In this document: one piece after another, positions 8,606 to 19,480 of the stretch
How the letters are laid out: each line of letters opens with the position of its first letter
Position numbering within the stretch: position 1 is the first letter of the stretch
Assembly: GCA_040904025.1 (NCBI GenBank)
Contig: JBBDUG010000033.1
Span: forward strand, 365-64,364
DNA from: Minisyncoccota bacterium
GTDB taxonomy: Bacteria; Patescibacteriota; Minisyncoccia; Phycocordibacterales; SW-6-46-9
Length of the DNA stretch: 64,000 bases
Direction: 5' to 3'
Program-made: the position numbers and the translations under genes
Notes under the pieces: model-generated
What the model was told of the DNA's origin: nothing
The model's input: only the letters and a program-made list of their open reading frames with translations
The model's database searches: none

Positions 8606-11083
8606 TCACAGACAAGCAAGAGATGCTACCTTATCGCTACTACGTAATTTCATAATGCGCACTCCCTGTGTTGCACGTCCAAGAGACGGAATCTCTTCAA
8701 CATCAATACGTATCACCTGACTTTTCTGTGACATTGCGACCATCTCCGCCTCTTCTCCTGAGAGTATCCGTGCAGATACCAGTTCCCCGGTTTTCTTCGT
8801 CACATTTGCGGTTTTTAGTCCGGATCCACCACGATTCTGTGATTTATATTCAGTGAGTTTTGTCTTCTTTCCATATCCGTTCTCACTAAGCACAAAGAGT
8901 GTTCCTTTATCATCCTCGGAATGCACCACATCACCCGATATCACCGCATCACCCTTTCCGAGTTTAATACCCCGTACACCCTGTGCGGTACGTCCCATAG
9001 CCCGAACATCTTCTTCAGAGAATCGGATTGACTTCCCTTTTCGTGTCACGAGTACAACATCCTCTCCCGGATCGGCAAAGTTTGCTGCAACCAAATTATC
9101 ATCATCTTTGAGTGTAATGGCGATAATTCCACCACGGCGCACGTCATGGAATGATGACGCCTCTACTTTCTTCACCGTTCCACTTTCTGTCACAAGTACA
9201 ATATCCAATTCACCGCCATCTTTCTTCACATTCTTTGGCATCGGCAGGATAGTTGTTACTTTTTCATCATCCTCAAGAGAAAGGAAATTCATAATTGACT
9301 TTCCTTTCGTCGCACGACGTCCTTCAGGGAGTTCGTACATCTTTATCTGATACACCTTTCCTTTGTCGGTAAAGAAGAGGAGATCACTGTGTGTAGAGCA
9401 TTGAATAAGATGAGTTACCACATCCTCTTCTTTAGTATTTAGATCAACAACCCCAACACCTCCTCGCTTCTGCCTCTTGTACGAAGATGGATCTGTTCTC
9501 TTCACATATCCACCTGCGGTATAGACGAGCACACTTTCAACCTCAGGAATCATATCTTCCATGGAGATGTTACGTACTCCATGCTCAACAACGGTGGTTC
9601 GACGTGCGTCACCATACTTATCCTTCATATCTTCAAGTTCCTCTTTCACCTGTGCAAGTATGTTCTTTTCACTGGAGAGAAGTTCTTCGAGTTCTTTGAT
9701 GAACTTCTGAATCTCTTTGAGTTCGTCTTCTATCTTCTGCCTCTCGAGTCCAGCCAATCGTTGTAGCTGCATAGCGAGAATGGCATCAGTTTGATCTGAG
9801 GAGAACTTAAACTTCTTCATCAGATTCTCCTTTGCAGCATCGCGATCTTTTGATTCCCTGATGATTTTGATGACCTCATCAATGTGATCAAGTGCTTTCT
9901 TGAGTCCGAGAAGTATATGTTCTCGCGCCTGTGCCTTTTTGAGTTCATATTCAGCGCGACGACGCACAACATTTTGTCGATGCTTCACAAACTCTTGCAA
10001 GACTGCTTTCAGAGAGAGCATTTGTGGGACTCCATCAACAAGTGCCACGAGGTTCATATGGAATTTCTCCTCTAATTGAGTGTATTTATACAATTTATTC
10101 AACGTCTTCTGTGGGTGTGAACCTGTCTTGAGGTCAATGGCAATACGGATGTCTCTTGTGGATTCATCGCGAATATCTCGGATACCCTCCAACTTCTTAT
10201 CCTTCACAAGATCCGCAATCTTCATGACAAGATTCTCTTTATTTACCCGATATGGAATAGAACGGATAATAATCTGAAATGATCCGGCTTTGGGTTCAAC
10301 TATCTCCGCTTCGCCGCGAACCACCATGCCACCGCGCCCTGTGGAGTATGCATGAAGAATATCCTCACGATCGAAGACAACAGCCCCTGTTGGAAAATCG
10401 GGCGCCTTTATATACTCCATGAGATCTTCTGTGGTCGCATCAGGATTATCAATGAGGTGTGTAGTGGCATCGATACATTCTCCCAAGTTATGTGGAGGAA
10501 TATTTGTCGCCATTCCAACGGCAATACCGAGTGTACCGTTCAAAAGTAGTCCGGGCACTGCAGCCGGTAGCACCTCCGGCTCATCGTGTGTCCCGTCATA
10601 GTTAGAGACCATATCAACAGTTTCTTTGTTAATATCTGCAAGAAGCTCTTCAGATATCTTTGTCATCTTCGCTTCGGTATATCGATATGCAGCAGCGGAA
10701 TCACCATCAATGGATCCAAAGTTTCCCTGTCCACTAATCAGTGGGTAGCGGTGATTAAAATCCTGTGCCATTTTCACCATCGTGTCATATACCGCAGCAT
10801 CACCGTGCGGGTGATATTTTGCGATAACATCTCCAACCACAGCAGCTGACTTTTTGAACTTCGCTCCAGAGGTCAACCCCATCTTATTCATTGCAAACAA
10901 AATACGGCGATGGACTGGTTTCAATCCATCACGTACATCAGGGAGAGCACGAGCGGTAATAACTGACATTGCATAGTCGATGTATGCCTCTTTCATTTCG
11001 TCAGTAATAGAGCGAGACACTATTTTGTCAGCCACTACTTTTTCCTCCTCTTTATTGTTGTCGTCCTTTTTCTTACGAGCCAT
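8606..11083 (-). CDS. gyrA: DNA gyrase subunit A
   Basis: [30 protein letters not shown] (catalytic Tyr), GyrA-box QKRGGVG, C-terminal pinwheel repeats. Confidence 0.98.
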   Translation of the reverse strand: MARKKKDDNNKEEEKVVADKIVSRSITDEMKEAYIDYAMSVITARALPDVRDGLKPVHRRILFAMNKMGLTSGAKFKKSAAVVGDVIAKYHPHGDAAVYDTMVKMAQDFNHRYPLISGQGNFGSIDGDSAAAYRYTEAKMTKISEELLADINKETVDMVSNYDGTHDEPEVLPAAVPGLLLNGTLGIAVGMATNIPPHNLGECIDATTHLIDNPDATTEDLMEYIKAPDFPTGAVVFDREDILHAYSTGRGGMVVRGEAEIVEPKAGSFQIIIRSIPYRVNKENLVMKIADLVKDKKLEGIRDIRDESTRDIRIAIDLKTGSHPQKTLNKLYKYTQLEEKFHMNLVALVDGVPQMLSLKAVLQEFVKHRQNVVRRRAEYELKKAQAREHILLGLKKALDHIDEVIKIIRESKDRDAAKENLMKKFKFSSDQTDAILAMQLQRLAGLERQKIEDELKEIQKFIKELEELLSSEKNILAQVKEELEDMKDKYGDARRTTVVEHGVRNISMEDMIPEVESVLVYTAGGYVKRTDPSSYKRQKRGGVGVVDLNTKEEDVVTHLIQCSTHSDLLFFTDKGKVYQIKMYELPEGRRATKGKSIMNFLSLEDDEKVTTILPMPKNVKKDGGELDIVLVTESGTVKKVEASSFHDVRRGGIIAITLKDDDNLVAANFADPGEDVVLVTRKGKSIRFSEEDVRAMGRTAQGVRGIKLGKGDAVISGDVVHSEDDKGTLFVLSENGYGKKTKLTEYKSQNRGGSGLKTANVTKKTGELVSARILSGEEAEMVAMSQKSQVIRIDVEEIPSLGRATQGVRIMKLRSSDKVASLACL

Positions 11084-11105
11084 ATCTAAAACAGGTTGGT
11101 CTTAA

Positions 11106-11462
11106 CTACTCAAACGAATAATCTACCTCCGATGCGGAGCTCTCTATATCAGGTCGTACAGTGGGCTCCCGTTCACTCACCACCTCCACTCCATCATCTT
11201 CCCTCTCTAATGTCCCGATAAGTCCTCTAAATCCATCGGAAACACGAGAGAAATCATCTTCAAGAGCTCTTAGTGGACTTGCCACTTGGCTTTTCCTCTC
11301 ATTTTCTACCACAACCGTTCCGGTTGATTCAGTGGGGGTAAAGTCACTCACCGAGATCCAGACACCCGCAATAAGAAGGGTAACTATGGCAGATGTGCCG
11401 ATCGCAGTGTTCTTGCGAACATGATGTGGTTTCTTTTGTAGTTGTTCTACGAAACGAAACAT
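11106..11462 (-). CDS. Hypothetical single-TM protein
   Basis: Basic N-terminus, one TM, acidic tail. Closely packed between the MBL gene and gyrA. Confidence 0.75.
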   Translation of the reverse strand: MFRFVEQLQKKPHHVRKNTAIGTSAIVTLLIAGVWISVSDFTPTESTGTVVVENERKSQVASPLRALEDDFSRVSDGFRGLIGTLEREDDGVEVVSEREPTVRPDIESSASEVDYSFE

Positions 11463-11464
11463 AA

Positions 11465-12088
11465 TTATGATTGAGAAAGTATAATTATCTCCCCTTCTTT
11501 CCCAGAGACATCAGAAGGTTTGATCGTCAATTTATCTTCTGCCTTTTTCTTCTTTGTCCCCTCTTCTTTGAGAAAGACTCCCAGTTGTGTCTCATTATAA
11601 TGCATAGGGATGATGATATTGGCCTCTAGTTTGACCCCAAACTTATACGCCTCTACCGGGTCCAACACCCCCTCCTCTCCGAGAGGTATGAAGAGCACAT
11701 CCACATTATCAATCACTTCAAGGACTTCAGGATCCAAATTCGTGGATCCAAGTGCACCAAGGAAGAGGATATCCATCCCCTCCATATTGAAATAATAGAT
11801 GGTATTTACCCCCTCATCTCCATCATATTGTGTCTTAGACGAAAGTCCTTTTATGAAAATCTCCTGCACCTCATATTCACCAGGGCCGTAGATGATGAAG
11901 GGGTCCTTGTCACCCGCGGTGAGATTCTCTCTCCCCATGAAATCAGGGTGTCGAACAGAACTCAACACAATATCCGCGCCGAAGCGTGCGGATTTATATT
12001 CTGAATCTGCTGAAGGGGGGTCAAGAGCTAATACTGTATCCCCGTATTGCAGCTTAAAAAATTGATGTCCGTGATAGGTTATAACCAT
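11465..12088 (-). CDS. MBL-fold metallo-hydrolase-like protein (Lactamase_B_3 type)
   Basis: ITYHGH, GPGEYEV, IIIPMHY. The HxHxDH motif is degenerate (SVRHPDF). Confidence 0.8.
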   Translation of the reverse strand: MVITYHGHQFFKLQYGDTVLALDPPSADSEYKSARFGADIVLSSVRHPDFMGRENLTAGDKDPFIIYGPGEYEVQEIFIKGLSSKTQYDGDEGVNTIYYFNMEGMDILFLGALGSTNLDPEVLEVIDNVDVLFIPLGEEGVLDPVEAYKFGVKLEANIIIPMHYNETQLGVFLKEEGTKKKKAEDKLTIKPSDVSGKEGEIIILSQS

Positions 12089-12153
12089 ATATATTCTGCC
12101 TCTCTTATGGCTTAATAATACTATAAAATGCCACTTATCTCAATGGTGGAAAA

Positions 12154-13221
12154 CTAATCCAAATACCGTGCCTTATTCCACTTGTGCTCCTCGAATGTCT
12201 CGGCAAAATGAGTACGTCCATTAAGATCCGCGAGGTAGAAGAGATACTCTGTCTTAATCGGATTTAGAGCTGCTTCTATAGAGGCTAATCCTGGATTTGA
12301 TATTGGTCCCGGAGGCAATCCAGGGTACCGATACGTATTATACGGAGAATCAACCTTGAGATCCTCTAGAGAGAGCTCAAATGTATTGCGTCCGATAATA
12401 TACGGAAAGACTGCATCAACCTGAAGCGGCATCCCCATTTCAATACGTTTCCAGAGAACACCAGAGATTGTTCGACGAGCCTGCTCATTATTTTCTGACT
12501 CCTTTTCAATTATAGAGGCCATGGTCACAATCTCATGAAGATCATATCCCGAGGTTTCTATTTCATCATCTAACTCAGCAATCTTCTTTTTGAAATTTTC
12601 ATTCATCACCTCTATCGCTCGTCGCTCTGAAGTATTGGGTAGAAAGTGGTATGTATCAGGAAAGAGATACCCCTCTAAAGAAAGTGCGAGGCCGATAAAT
12701 ACATTTTTGTTAAAAGAATCAAGTTTCCCTTCAAGGATATTAGCCATTTCTCGCACAGAAGCACCTTCAGGAATGGTAACGGCAAGAGGATCGAGACCAT
12801 AATCACCAGATGTTATTTTCTCAGCGACAGAGAAAAGTGTGTGTCGTTGTGAGAAGAAGTAATCACCGGCCACTACACTGTCATCTCCATTATATAAATA
12901 CCGAACTGAGGCAACAAAAAGCCCGGTTGAACGTATAACATTACGATCTTCCAGCTGCGCAGCAACTTCCCCAAGAGTTCCTCCTTCTTCTATGTGAACA
13001 ATTGTCCCCACTGGGAAGTGTCGCGGTGGCCCCCACATGAATGTGGCAGCGGCGCCAATTATCATTAAAATAGCAATAAGTGAACTCACCACTAATAGTG
13101 TCATGTCAGAAAATGATCTCTGTATATCCTCTACACCTTCAAAGAGCCGGTTCCGCTCTTCTTTATATCGATCGGTATATATACGCAGCTCATCACGTAA
13201 TTTTTCTTTTCGTGATTTCAT
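12154..13221 (-). CDS. mltG: Endolytic transglycosylase MltG (YceG)
   Basis: LEGYLFPDTY, MASIIEKE, SPYNTY..GLPPGPISNPG. Confidence 0.95.
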   Translation of the reverse strand: MKSRKEKLRDELRIYTDRYKEERNRLFEGVEDIQRSFSDMTLLVVSSLIAILMIIGAAATFMWGPPRHFPVGTIVHIEEGGTLGEVAAQLEDRNVIRSTGLFVASVRYLYNGDDSVVAGDYFFSQRHTLFSVAEKITSGDYGLDPLAVTIPEGASVREMANILEGKLDSFNKNVFIGLALSLEGYLFPDTYHFLPNTSERRAIEVMNENFKKKIAELDDEIETSGYDLHEIVTMASIIEKESENNEQARRTISGVLWKRIEMGMPLQVDAVFPYIIGRNTFELSLEDLKVDSPYNTYRYPGLPPGPISNPGLASIEAALNPIKTEYLFYLADLNGRTHFAETFEEHKWNKARYLD

Positions 13222-13223
13222 AA

Positions 13224-14486
13224 CTATGTTGGAAGATCAGAAGGTGGTTCACCTTTCTTGGCATCAAGGCGCTTGAATGTCGGTGTCTGCGCCACACCTC
13301 CGGGAAAGTGATATATGGTCGCCAACTCTTCTGTGGTGAGAATAAAGGGAGAAGCTTCGTAGTATCGATACGGAGGATAGAAGAAAGAGCGTAGACGGTA
13401 TGCTTCAAAAAACTCCCGTTTCATCTTATCTTTTCGTCTCTCAACATATTTCTCCATTCCAAAAATGGAGTCTACATTCTTCTCAAACTCGCTGACATCC
13501 GTCCAATAGCCCAACTTAAATCCATTAGCGTCATGATAATTATACTGCCGGAGGCTTCCAATTAATCCCACAATACTCACCCCTTCAAAAACATCTTTCT
13601 CAGCAATATATAGTCCACGTATTGCAACTTCAAATGGAATCTTTGCCTGTTGTCGACGCAGTGATTTTATATAGTCATCCTTTCCTGGCTCCAGATATGG
13701 CAACAAGAGTTCTTTCCCCTCCTCTGTCTTCTTTGCCTCTTTAACAACACTATCTATCTCTTTATCCACCTTATCCTTCCACTCTGTTTTCTTTAAGAGT
13801 GTATTTCCTGTCTTCCAATCCCACGCCTTGTGGCCACGAATCAAGATTTGTATCCACACCTGTTCTCCCCTATTGAGATTCCCAAGATACTCCAACATGG
13901 AGGTGATGGGGTTTGTCTGCTCCTCTGGCTTAACCCCCGGCTTGTCTAGGTTGTAGTCAACATACGTCTTTATCGGCTTCACATCCTCGTCTGTCTGTTG
14001 GAAATATGTCCCCCACATGTCAATGTCAGCTGAATCCACATCGACAAAGTTGGTGTAGTCGGGGACTTCATATATCTCAGCTTCAGGATACTGCGCATAT
14101 ATCTGTGCTTTCACAATCCGTGTATGTTTTGAATCGGTACGGATAAAGAAATGTATCTTTCCACCAATAGAAACAAGTTCAAGTGAAAACCACGGTATCA
14201 CTTCACCGTTCACGAATACTTTGTATAACGTGGGGGTACTCTTTAAATACAATGCAGTGTAGATAAGCTCCATTGCCTCAGGAGTCTTGCGAATATCCTC
14301 TGGTAGCTTAATCTCCAAGAGATCAAATTCTCTCTCTTGTAGATATTTTAGGCGTATATACCGCATGTAGAGTGTAGCGGCTACCCATATGAGCAGAATG
14401 GGAAGCCAGATAGGGGCGAGGGTTAGGAGAATATCCAGCCCCATCAACACATATCGCCATCCTTCGAGATTAAAGAAATTTTGCAT
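13224..14486 (-). CDS. Conserved CPR membrane-anchored protein resembling the N-terminal region of TraD/VirD4-like proteins
   Basis: LLEIKLP, WFSLELVSIGGKIHFFIR, IYAQYPEAEI.EVPDY, EELATIYHFP, EPPSDLP. No Walker motifs. Confidence 0.65.
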   Translation of the reverse strand: MQNFFNLEGWRYVLMGLDILLTLAPIWLPILLIWVAATLYMRYIRLKYLQEREFDLLEIKLPEDIRKTPEAMELIYTALYLKSTPTLYKVFVNGEVIPWFSLELVSIGGKIHFFIRTDSKHTRIVKAQIYAQYPEAEIYEVPDYTNFVDVDSADIDMWGTYFQQTDEDVKPIKTYVDYNLDKPGVKPEEQTNPITSMLEYLGNLNRGEQVWIQILIRGHKAWDWKTGNTLLKKTEWKDKVDKEIDSVVKEAKKTEEGKELLLPYLEPGKDDYIKSLRRQQAKIPFEVAIRGLYIAEKDVFEGVSIVGLIGSLRQYNYHDANGFKLGYWTDVSEFEKNVDSIFGMEKYVERRKDKMKREFFEAYRLRSFFYPPYRYYEASPFILTTEELATIYHFPGGVAQTPTFKRLDAKKGEPPSDLPT

Positions 14487-14585
14487 AAATAAGTTGTCTC
14501 TATAATACCGTAAATAGGAAAATGTGCAGTCTAAGTTCTCAACACCACCTTTGCGAGTACGGTTAATCCTGATATATTGCCATGT

Positions 14586-16784
14586 ATGGATTTACCCAAA
14601 GAATTTCAGTCCGGATATGACCATACTGACACAGAAGAACCTCTCTATTCCCAGTGGGAAGAGAGCGGATATTTCAATCCGGATATATGTATAGACAAGG
14701 GAGTAACAGAGAAAGACAGTGATCCTTTTTCGATGGTACTCCCCCCGCTGAACGTCACTGGTGTGATGCATGTCGGTCATGCAGCAATGACTACAATAGA
14801 GGATATTCTGATTCGCTTTGCCCGTATGCGCGGAAAGCGTACACTCTGGATTCCGGGTACTGACCATGCCGCTATTGCAACACAATCAAAAGTTGAGAAG
14901 ATTCTCTCAAAAGAGGGGGTGCGTCGATCCGACCTCGGGCGAGAAAAGTTTCTTGAGCGTGTAGAAGAGTTTGCACAGAATTCACATAGCACAATTGTCT
15001 CTCAACTTCGCTCAATCGGTGGTTCTCTGGATTGGTCTCGCGAAGCATTTACACTCGATGAGAAGCGAGAGAAGGCAGTTCGAGAAGCATTTAAACGAAT
15101 GTATGATCTTGGACTTATATACCGCAAGGATCGTGTGGTTAATTGGGATCCCAAAGGACAAACCACAGTTTCTGATGATGAGGTGCTCCACGAGGAATCT
15201 ACCGGGACCCTCTACACATTTAGATATTCAAAAGACTTCCCTGTTCCCATTGCCACAACTCGTCCTGAGACAAAAGTGGGAGATACTGCAGTTGCAATAC
15301 ATCCTGATGATAAGAGATATAACGAATATATCGGAACAACGCACGAAGTAGAATTCGCAGGCTCACAACTTTCAATACAAATAATTGCTGATGAATCTAT
15401 TGATCCCGAATATGGAACAGGGGCAGTGGGAATTACACCAGCACATTCGATGACCGACTGGGAAATAGCAGAGAGACATGATCTCCCACTCAAGCAGGTG
15501 ATTAATGAATACGGAAAGATGGAGAATGTAATCGAGGAGCTTGAAGGAATGAAAACAAAAGACGCACGGGAGTGGGTTGTGGAATGGATCAAAGAAAATG
15601 ATCTGATGGAGAATACAGAAGAAGTAAATATCAATGTCTCGAAAGCAGAACGGAGTGGAGGAATCATTGAACCACTACCAAAACTTCAATGGTTCATTGA
15701 TGTGAATAAAGAATTCACATTAGAGCATTCAGAGATTGAAGGTATAGATTCCGGGAGTAAAGTTACACTCAAACAATTAATGGCGAGCGTGGTAAAAAGT
15801 GGAGAAGTAAGTATTATTCCCCCTCGTTTCGAGAAAGTATACTTCAACTGGATTGATAATCTCCACGACTGGTGCATCTCTCGCCAGATCTGGTACGGCC
15901 ACAGAATTCCTGTGTGGTATAAGGGGGATGAAATGCATGTCGGGCACGAAGCTCCGGGAGATGAATGGAAGCAAGATCCCGATACTCTTGATACATGGTT
16001 CTCTTCTGGACTCTGGACTTTTTCAACTCTTGGATGGCCAGAGAAAACAGATGACCTTTTGACATATCACCCTAACAGCCTTCTTGAAACAGGGTATGAC
16101 ATCATTTTCTTCTGGGTTGCCCGCATGATCCTTATGTCCACCTGTCTTCTCGGAGAGATTCCGTTCAAAGATGTATATTTCCACGGACTCGTACGCGACA
16201 AGAAAGGACAAAAGATTTCCAAATCACTTGGGAACAATATTGATCCCGTTGATATCATAGAAGAACATGGTGCAGACGCACTCCGTATGGCACTTATTAT
16301 CGGAACAAGTCCCGGGAATGATGCAAATCTCGACCTTGACGATGTTCGTGGATATCGAAAATTTGCGAATAAGGTCTGGAATATCGCTCGCTTTATATTC
16401 ATGAATATCCCAGATGAATATAATCATTCCGAAAAACCAGATCTCTCTGTGAAATACCAAAACTACCTTACAGAAATCCAAGAAAAAGCAGAAGAGATCA
16501 CCGAACACCTCAACAATTATCGCCTCCACCTTGCTGCAGAAGAAACGTACCACTACATCTGGCACAGACTTGCAGATGAGATCCTTGAAGAAAGCAAGGA
16601 TGACCTCTACAGCGACAATGCGGATATACAACAAGAAGCGATTTGGACTCTCGTAGAGCTCGTTTCAATTTCTCTCAGACTCCTCCATCCGATTATGCCT
16701 TTTGTAACAGAAGCAATCTGGAAACACATGCCGACTAAAGAGCGTGATTTCTTGATGGTGGAAAACTGGCCGATTGAAGAATAG
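14586..16784 (+). CDS. valS: Valine--tRNA ligase (short form, no C-terminal coiled coil)
   Basis: PPLNVTGVMHVGH, GTDHAAIATQ, DWCISRQIWYGH, KISKS. ATG 14586 preferred over TTG 14577. Confidence 0.97.
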   Translation: MDLPKEFQSGYDHTDTEEPLYSQWEESGYFNPDICIDKGVTEKDSDPFSMVLPPLNVTGVMHVGHAAMTTIEDILIRFARMRGKRTLWIPGTDHAAIATQSKVEKILSKEGVRRSDLGREKFLERVEEFAQNSHSTIVSQLRSIGGSLDWSREAFTLDEKREKAVREAFKRMYDLGLIYRKDRVVNWDPKGQTTVSDDEVLHEESTGTLYTFRYSKDFPVPIATTRPETKVGDTAVAIHPDDKRYNEYIGTTHEVEFAGSQLSIQIIADESIDPEYGTGAVGITPAHSMTDWEIAERHDLPLKQVINEYGKMENVIEELEGMKTKDAREWVVEWIKENDLMENTEEVNINVSKAERSGGIIEPLPKLQWFIDVNKEFTLEHSEIEGIDSGSKVTLKQLMASVVKSGEVSIIPPRFEKVYFNWIDNLHDWCISRQIWYGHRIPVWYKGDEMHVGHEAPGDEWKQDPDTLDTWFSSGLWTFSTLGWPEKTDDLLTYHPNSLLETGYDIIFFWVARMILMSTCLLGEIPFKDVYFHGLVRDKKGQKISKSLGNNIDPVDIIEEHGADALRMALIIGTSPGNDANLDLDDVRGYRKFANKVWNIARFIFMNIPDEYNHSEKPDLSVKYQNYLTEIQEKAEEITEHLNNYRLHLAAEETYHYIWHRLADEILEESKDDLYSDNADIQQEAIWTLVELVSISLRLLHPIMPFVTEAIWKHMPTKERDFLMVENWPIEE

Positions 16785-16804
16785 AGGTCTGGTAGAATAT
16801 ACGT

Positions 16805-17494
16805 ATGTTCTCTCCCCTAACTATACTCATTGCCACCCTCGGTGGTATCATCCCTGCCCTCATATGGCTTGCCTTTTGGCTCGGGGAAGACGAAAGGCGT
16901 CCTGAGCCCAGAGGGCGTATATTCATCACATTCCTTGCAGGAATGCTTGCGGTTGTTGTCGTTCTCCCCCTTGAACATCTTGTACAAGAACATATACCAG
17001 GGGGACTCTTTACACTCTTTCTCCTCTGGGCAATCATAGAAGAAACACTCAAGTTTGTATTTGCATACTTTGCCGGACTACATAATAAGGATTGTGACGA
17101 ACCTGTAGATGCCCTTATATACATGATCACAGCTGCACTCGGATTCGCGGCACTTGAAAATACCCTTTTCCTCCTCACTCCCATTGAAGATGGATTGATA
17201 GGTCGGAGTATTGTGACAGGAAATATGCGCTTCATTGGTGCATCTGTACTGCATACACTGGCCTCAGGAGTTGTTGGAGCAGCAATGGCCTTCTCCTTCT
17301 ACCGAGCTCAGCGTATTAAGCGACGGTATGTACTTGGTGGACTTATTCTCGCAATTGCTTTGCACACATACTTCAATTTCTCTATAATTGGGCATACAAA
17401 TGTATTAGTCGTATTTGCATACATCTGGGTTGGTGTTATTCTCCTTCTCATGATCTTTGAGAAGGTGAAGCATATACGCCGATCAAGATCATAA
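16805..17494 (+). CDS. prsW: PrsW family intramembrane glutamic protease
   Basis: D..RPEP, IIEETLK, GFAALEN, LHTL, LHTYFN. Confidence 0.9.
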   Translation: MFSPLTILIATLGGIIPALIWLAFWLGEDERRPEPRGRIFITFLAGMLAVVVVLPLEHLVQEHIPGGLFTLFLLWAIIEETLKFVFAYFAGLHNKDCDEPVDALIYMITAALGFAALENTLFLLTPIEDGLIGRSIVTGNMRFIGASVLHTLASGVVGAAMAFSFYRAQRIKRRYVLGGLILAIALHTYFNFSIIGHTNVLVVFAYIWVGVILLLMIFEKVKHIRRSRS

Positions 17495-17513
17495 ATTAAT
17501 TAACTTATACCAC

Positions 17514-17978
17514 ATGGCTCGAAAAACATCATTCTTTGAAAAACTCACAGGTGCGGTAAATGTCGATGAAGAGGAAGAGGAATTTGACCCGTACGACGAC
17601 GAGGATGAACATCATGAAGAAGAGGACGTCTCCACTGATATCGAAGAGGAAGCACAGCTGGCAATCGACCTCTACCAAACCTCAACTGAGATAGTAATTC
17701 AAACTATGGTCGCCGGAGTGCGTCCAGATGATTTAGATATCTCGATCAGTCGAGAGGTGGTAACCATCTCAGGACGTCGCGAAGGGCCACGTGGCATTTC
17801 AGATGGAGACTATCTCCAACGTGAACTCTACTGGGGACAGTTCAAAAGAACCGTTATGCTCCCTGATGAAATTGAGGTAGATGAAGCAGAGGCAACAGAA
17901 AACCATGGGCTCCTTATAATCCGTCTTCCAAAACTCAACAAAGATCAGAAAACAAAGCTGAAGGTAAAGTCACAATAA
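17514..17978 (+). CDS. Hsp20/alpha-crystallin small heat-shock protein
   Basis: VAGVRPDDLDIS, YWGQFKRTVMLP, HGLLIIRLPK. Acidic N-terminal arm. Confidence 0.92.
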   Translation: MARKTSFFEKLTGAVNVDEEEEEFDPYDDEDEHHEEEDVSTDIEEEAQLAIDLYQTSTEIVIQTMVAGVRPDDLDISISREVVTISGRREGPRGISDGDYLQRELYWGQFKRTVMLPDEIEVDEAEATENHGLLIIRLPKLNKDQKTKLKVKSQ

Positions 17979-18016
17979 TCTCTTGACTATATGACATATA
18001 TTCGTAGTATAGATGA

Positions 18017-18227
18017 TGAACTTGAACACTGAGTTCGAGGTGGTATCTCTAGGGAGTTCATATCTTTAAACCTCTGGAGATGAAACAGAGTCTGTGGTAA
18101 GACCTCAGGATCACTTTCTCTGGCCCTCTCGAATGCCCGGTGATGTCTTTCTCGTATGGGGGAAGATGTCACGGGTACTAGGGTTCGACCGCTGTAGGGC
18201 ATCACGGCGGTCGAGCTCTTTTTTTTT
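18017..18227 (+). ncRNA. Candidate structured non-coding RNA (about 210 nt)
   Basis: Upstream TTGACT(17983)-N16-TAGTAT(18005). Several stems with G-U pairs. Ends in a 15-bp hairpin plus T9. No convincing ORF. Confidence 0.5.
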
Positions 18228-18240
18228 ATTTTATACAAAT

Positions 18241-18269
18241 AAAAAACACCCGGTCTCCCGGGTGTTTTT
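18241..18269 (-). terminator. Intrinsic terminator of the HTH gene
   Basis: AAAAACACCCGG-tctc-CCGGGTGTTTTT. Confidence 0.8.
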
Positions 18270-18282
18270 AGTTTCAATAATA

Positions 18283-19320
18283 TTACCCTTTCACGAGATA
18301 TTTTCCATCATCTCGTTTCTCAAAGAGGTCGGCGTCTTGGAGATTAACCACCACTGTATTTGGCTTCACGTATCGTTCCTTAAGAACACGATCAACAATT
18401 TCATCGCGTGTCATTGGACCTTCCTGCTTAAGAATTTGTCGAATCACATCCTTTACAACTCCCTCCATATACCCCCATGTCTTGAGAGCATAGAGTCCAC
18501 GTCCAACGAGTACGAAGCGGTTATCTTTAATGAGTTCGTTGTGTGTAGTTGCAACATGTGCACTCTTATCAAAGAGTTCTTCTATTTTCTTTGTAACTTC
18601 AGTGAAGTGCATAGGAGATCCGTGTTGACGGATAACAAGGTAGGCATAGTCACGCACACCCTTTACCCGAACATTCGGGCTGTCAGCAAGTCCCCATTCA
18701 CCTAGAGGGTTTCGATCTACAACCTTCGATAGACGGAGCCATCGCTTTACAATTTCATCATCATTTAGATGACGATCAGGAGCTGATTCTCCATTCACTC
18801 GATCGCGGAACCAGTCGATAATCTCTTTTTCTGATACAAGATCTTCAGGTCCAAGCAGGTCATGAATAGTATGAAGGGCTTCTTTAACAGCTTCGTGCAC
18901 AACCTTATCTACAAACCAACGGTGTGTGAAGTGTCGGTCTTCTTTTTCATATTCAAATTGCTCTCCAAGTCGGAGAAGAAGATAGACATGATTCTGTACA
19001 TCGCGCTTCTGTGATATACGTCCAAGAAGTTCTGATTCAGGAACGACAATACCAAGCTCGTGTACAAATTCACGGAGTTCTGTAAGGGAATCATTATGCT
19101 CCTTGAGAGTCTCTGACTCTGCAAGTTTATTAAGTGAATGATTCTCAATCTGACGTACACGCTCACGTGTAATGTCATATATATTTCCAATCGCTTCAAG
19201 TGTCATGATCTCATCGGCTTCAAGTCCAAAGCGCTTAACGATAATATCTTGAGCACGCTCAGGGAGTTCTGAGATCAGACGCTTGGTGATTTGTTTTGGA
19301 TTAAACTTCAAAGCAGTCAT
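18283..19320 (-). CDS. Sigma70 region-4 HTH protein with C-terminal winged-HTH (RNAP delta/HARE-HTH-like) domains
   Basis: RFGL....TLEAIG..YDITRERVRQIE. C-terminal PMHFTEV..THNELIKDNRFVLVGRGLYAL. No sigma region 2. Confidence 0.8.
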   Translation of the reverse strand: MTALKFNPKQITKRLISELPERAQDIIVKRFGLEADEIMTLEAIGNIYDITRERVRQIENHSLNKLAESETLKEHNDSLTELREFVHELGIVVPESELLGRISQKRDVQNHVYLLLRLGEQFEYEKEDRHFTHRWFVDKVVHEAVKEALHTIHDLLGPEDLVSEKEIIDWFRDRVNGESAPDRHLNDDEIVKRWLRLSKVVDRNPLGEWGLADSPNVRVKGVRDYAYLVIRQHGSPMHFTEVTKKIEELFDKSAHVATTHNELIKDNRFVLVGRGLYALKTWGYMEGVVKDVIRQILKQEGPMTRDEIVDRVLKERYVKPNTVVVNLQDADLFEKRDDGKYLVKG

Positions 19321-19366
19321 GTGTATGCTGTTTAATAGAAGCCCTTCTGTCTAGAAAAGCAAATTA

Positions 19367-19472
19367 ATAATATATCAGAATTAGATGATTGTCAATCTTT
19401 TATGCTGCAGAAAGTGTCCCGCACCTTTTCTTCTGTGGAAGGCATAGTACCCGAACATACACCTACCGTCAA
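19367..19472 (-). promoter_or_regulatory. Tandem sigma70 promoters upstream of the HTH gene
   Basis: Minus strand TTGACG-N17-TACTAT and TTGACA-N17-TATTAT. Confidence 0.6.
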
Positions 19473-19480
19473 ATACCTGT

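Noticed and set aside
3793-14486. Conjugative element / complete T4SS
   Set aside because: No ATPase, relaxase or oriT is present, and the genes are embedded among housekeeping genes.
18071-18110. Glycine riboswitch (CTCTGGAGA...CTCAGG)
   Set aside because: The central CCGAAG element is missing and there is no downstream gene on that strand.
18173-18200. tmRNA 5' end (GGGTTCGAC)
   Set aside because: It is part of a terminator hairpin, with no tag frame or tRNA-like 3' end.
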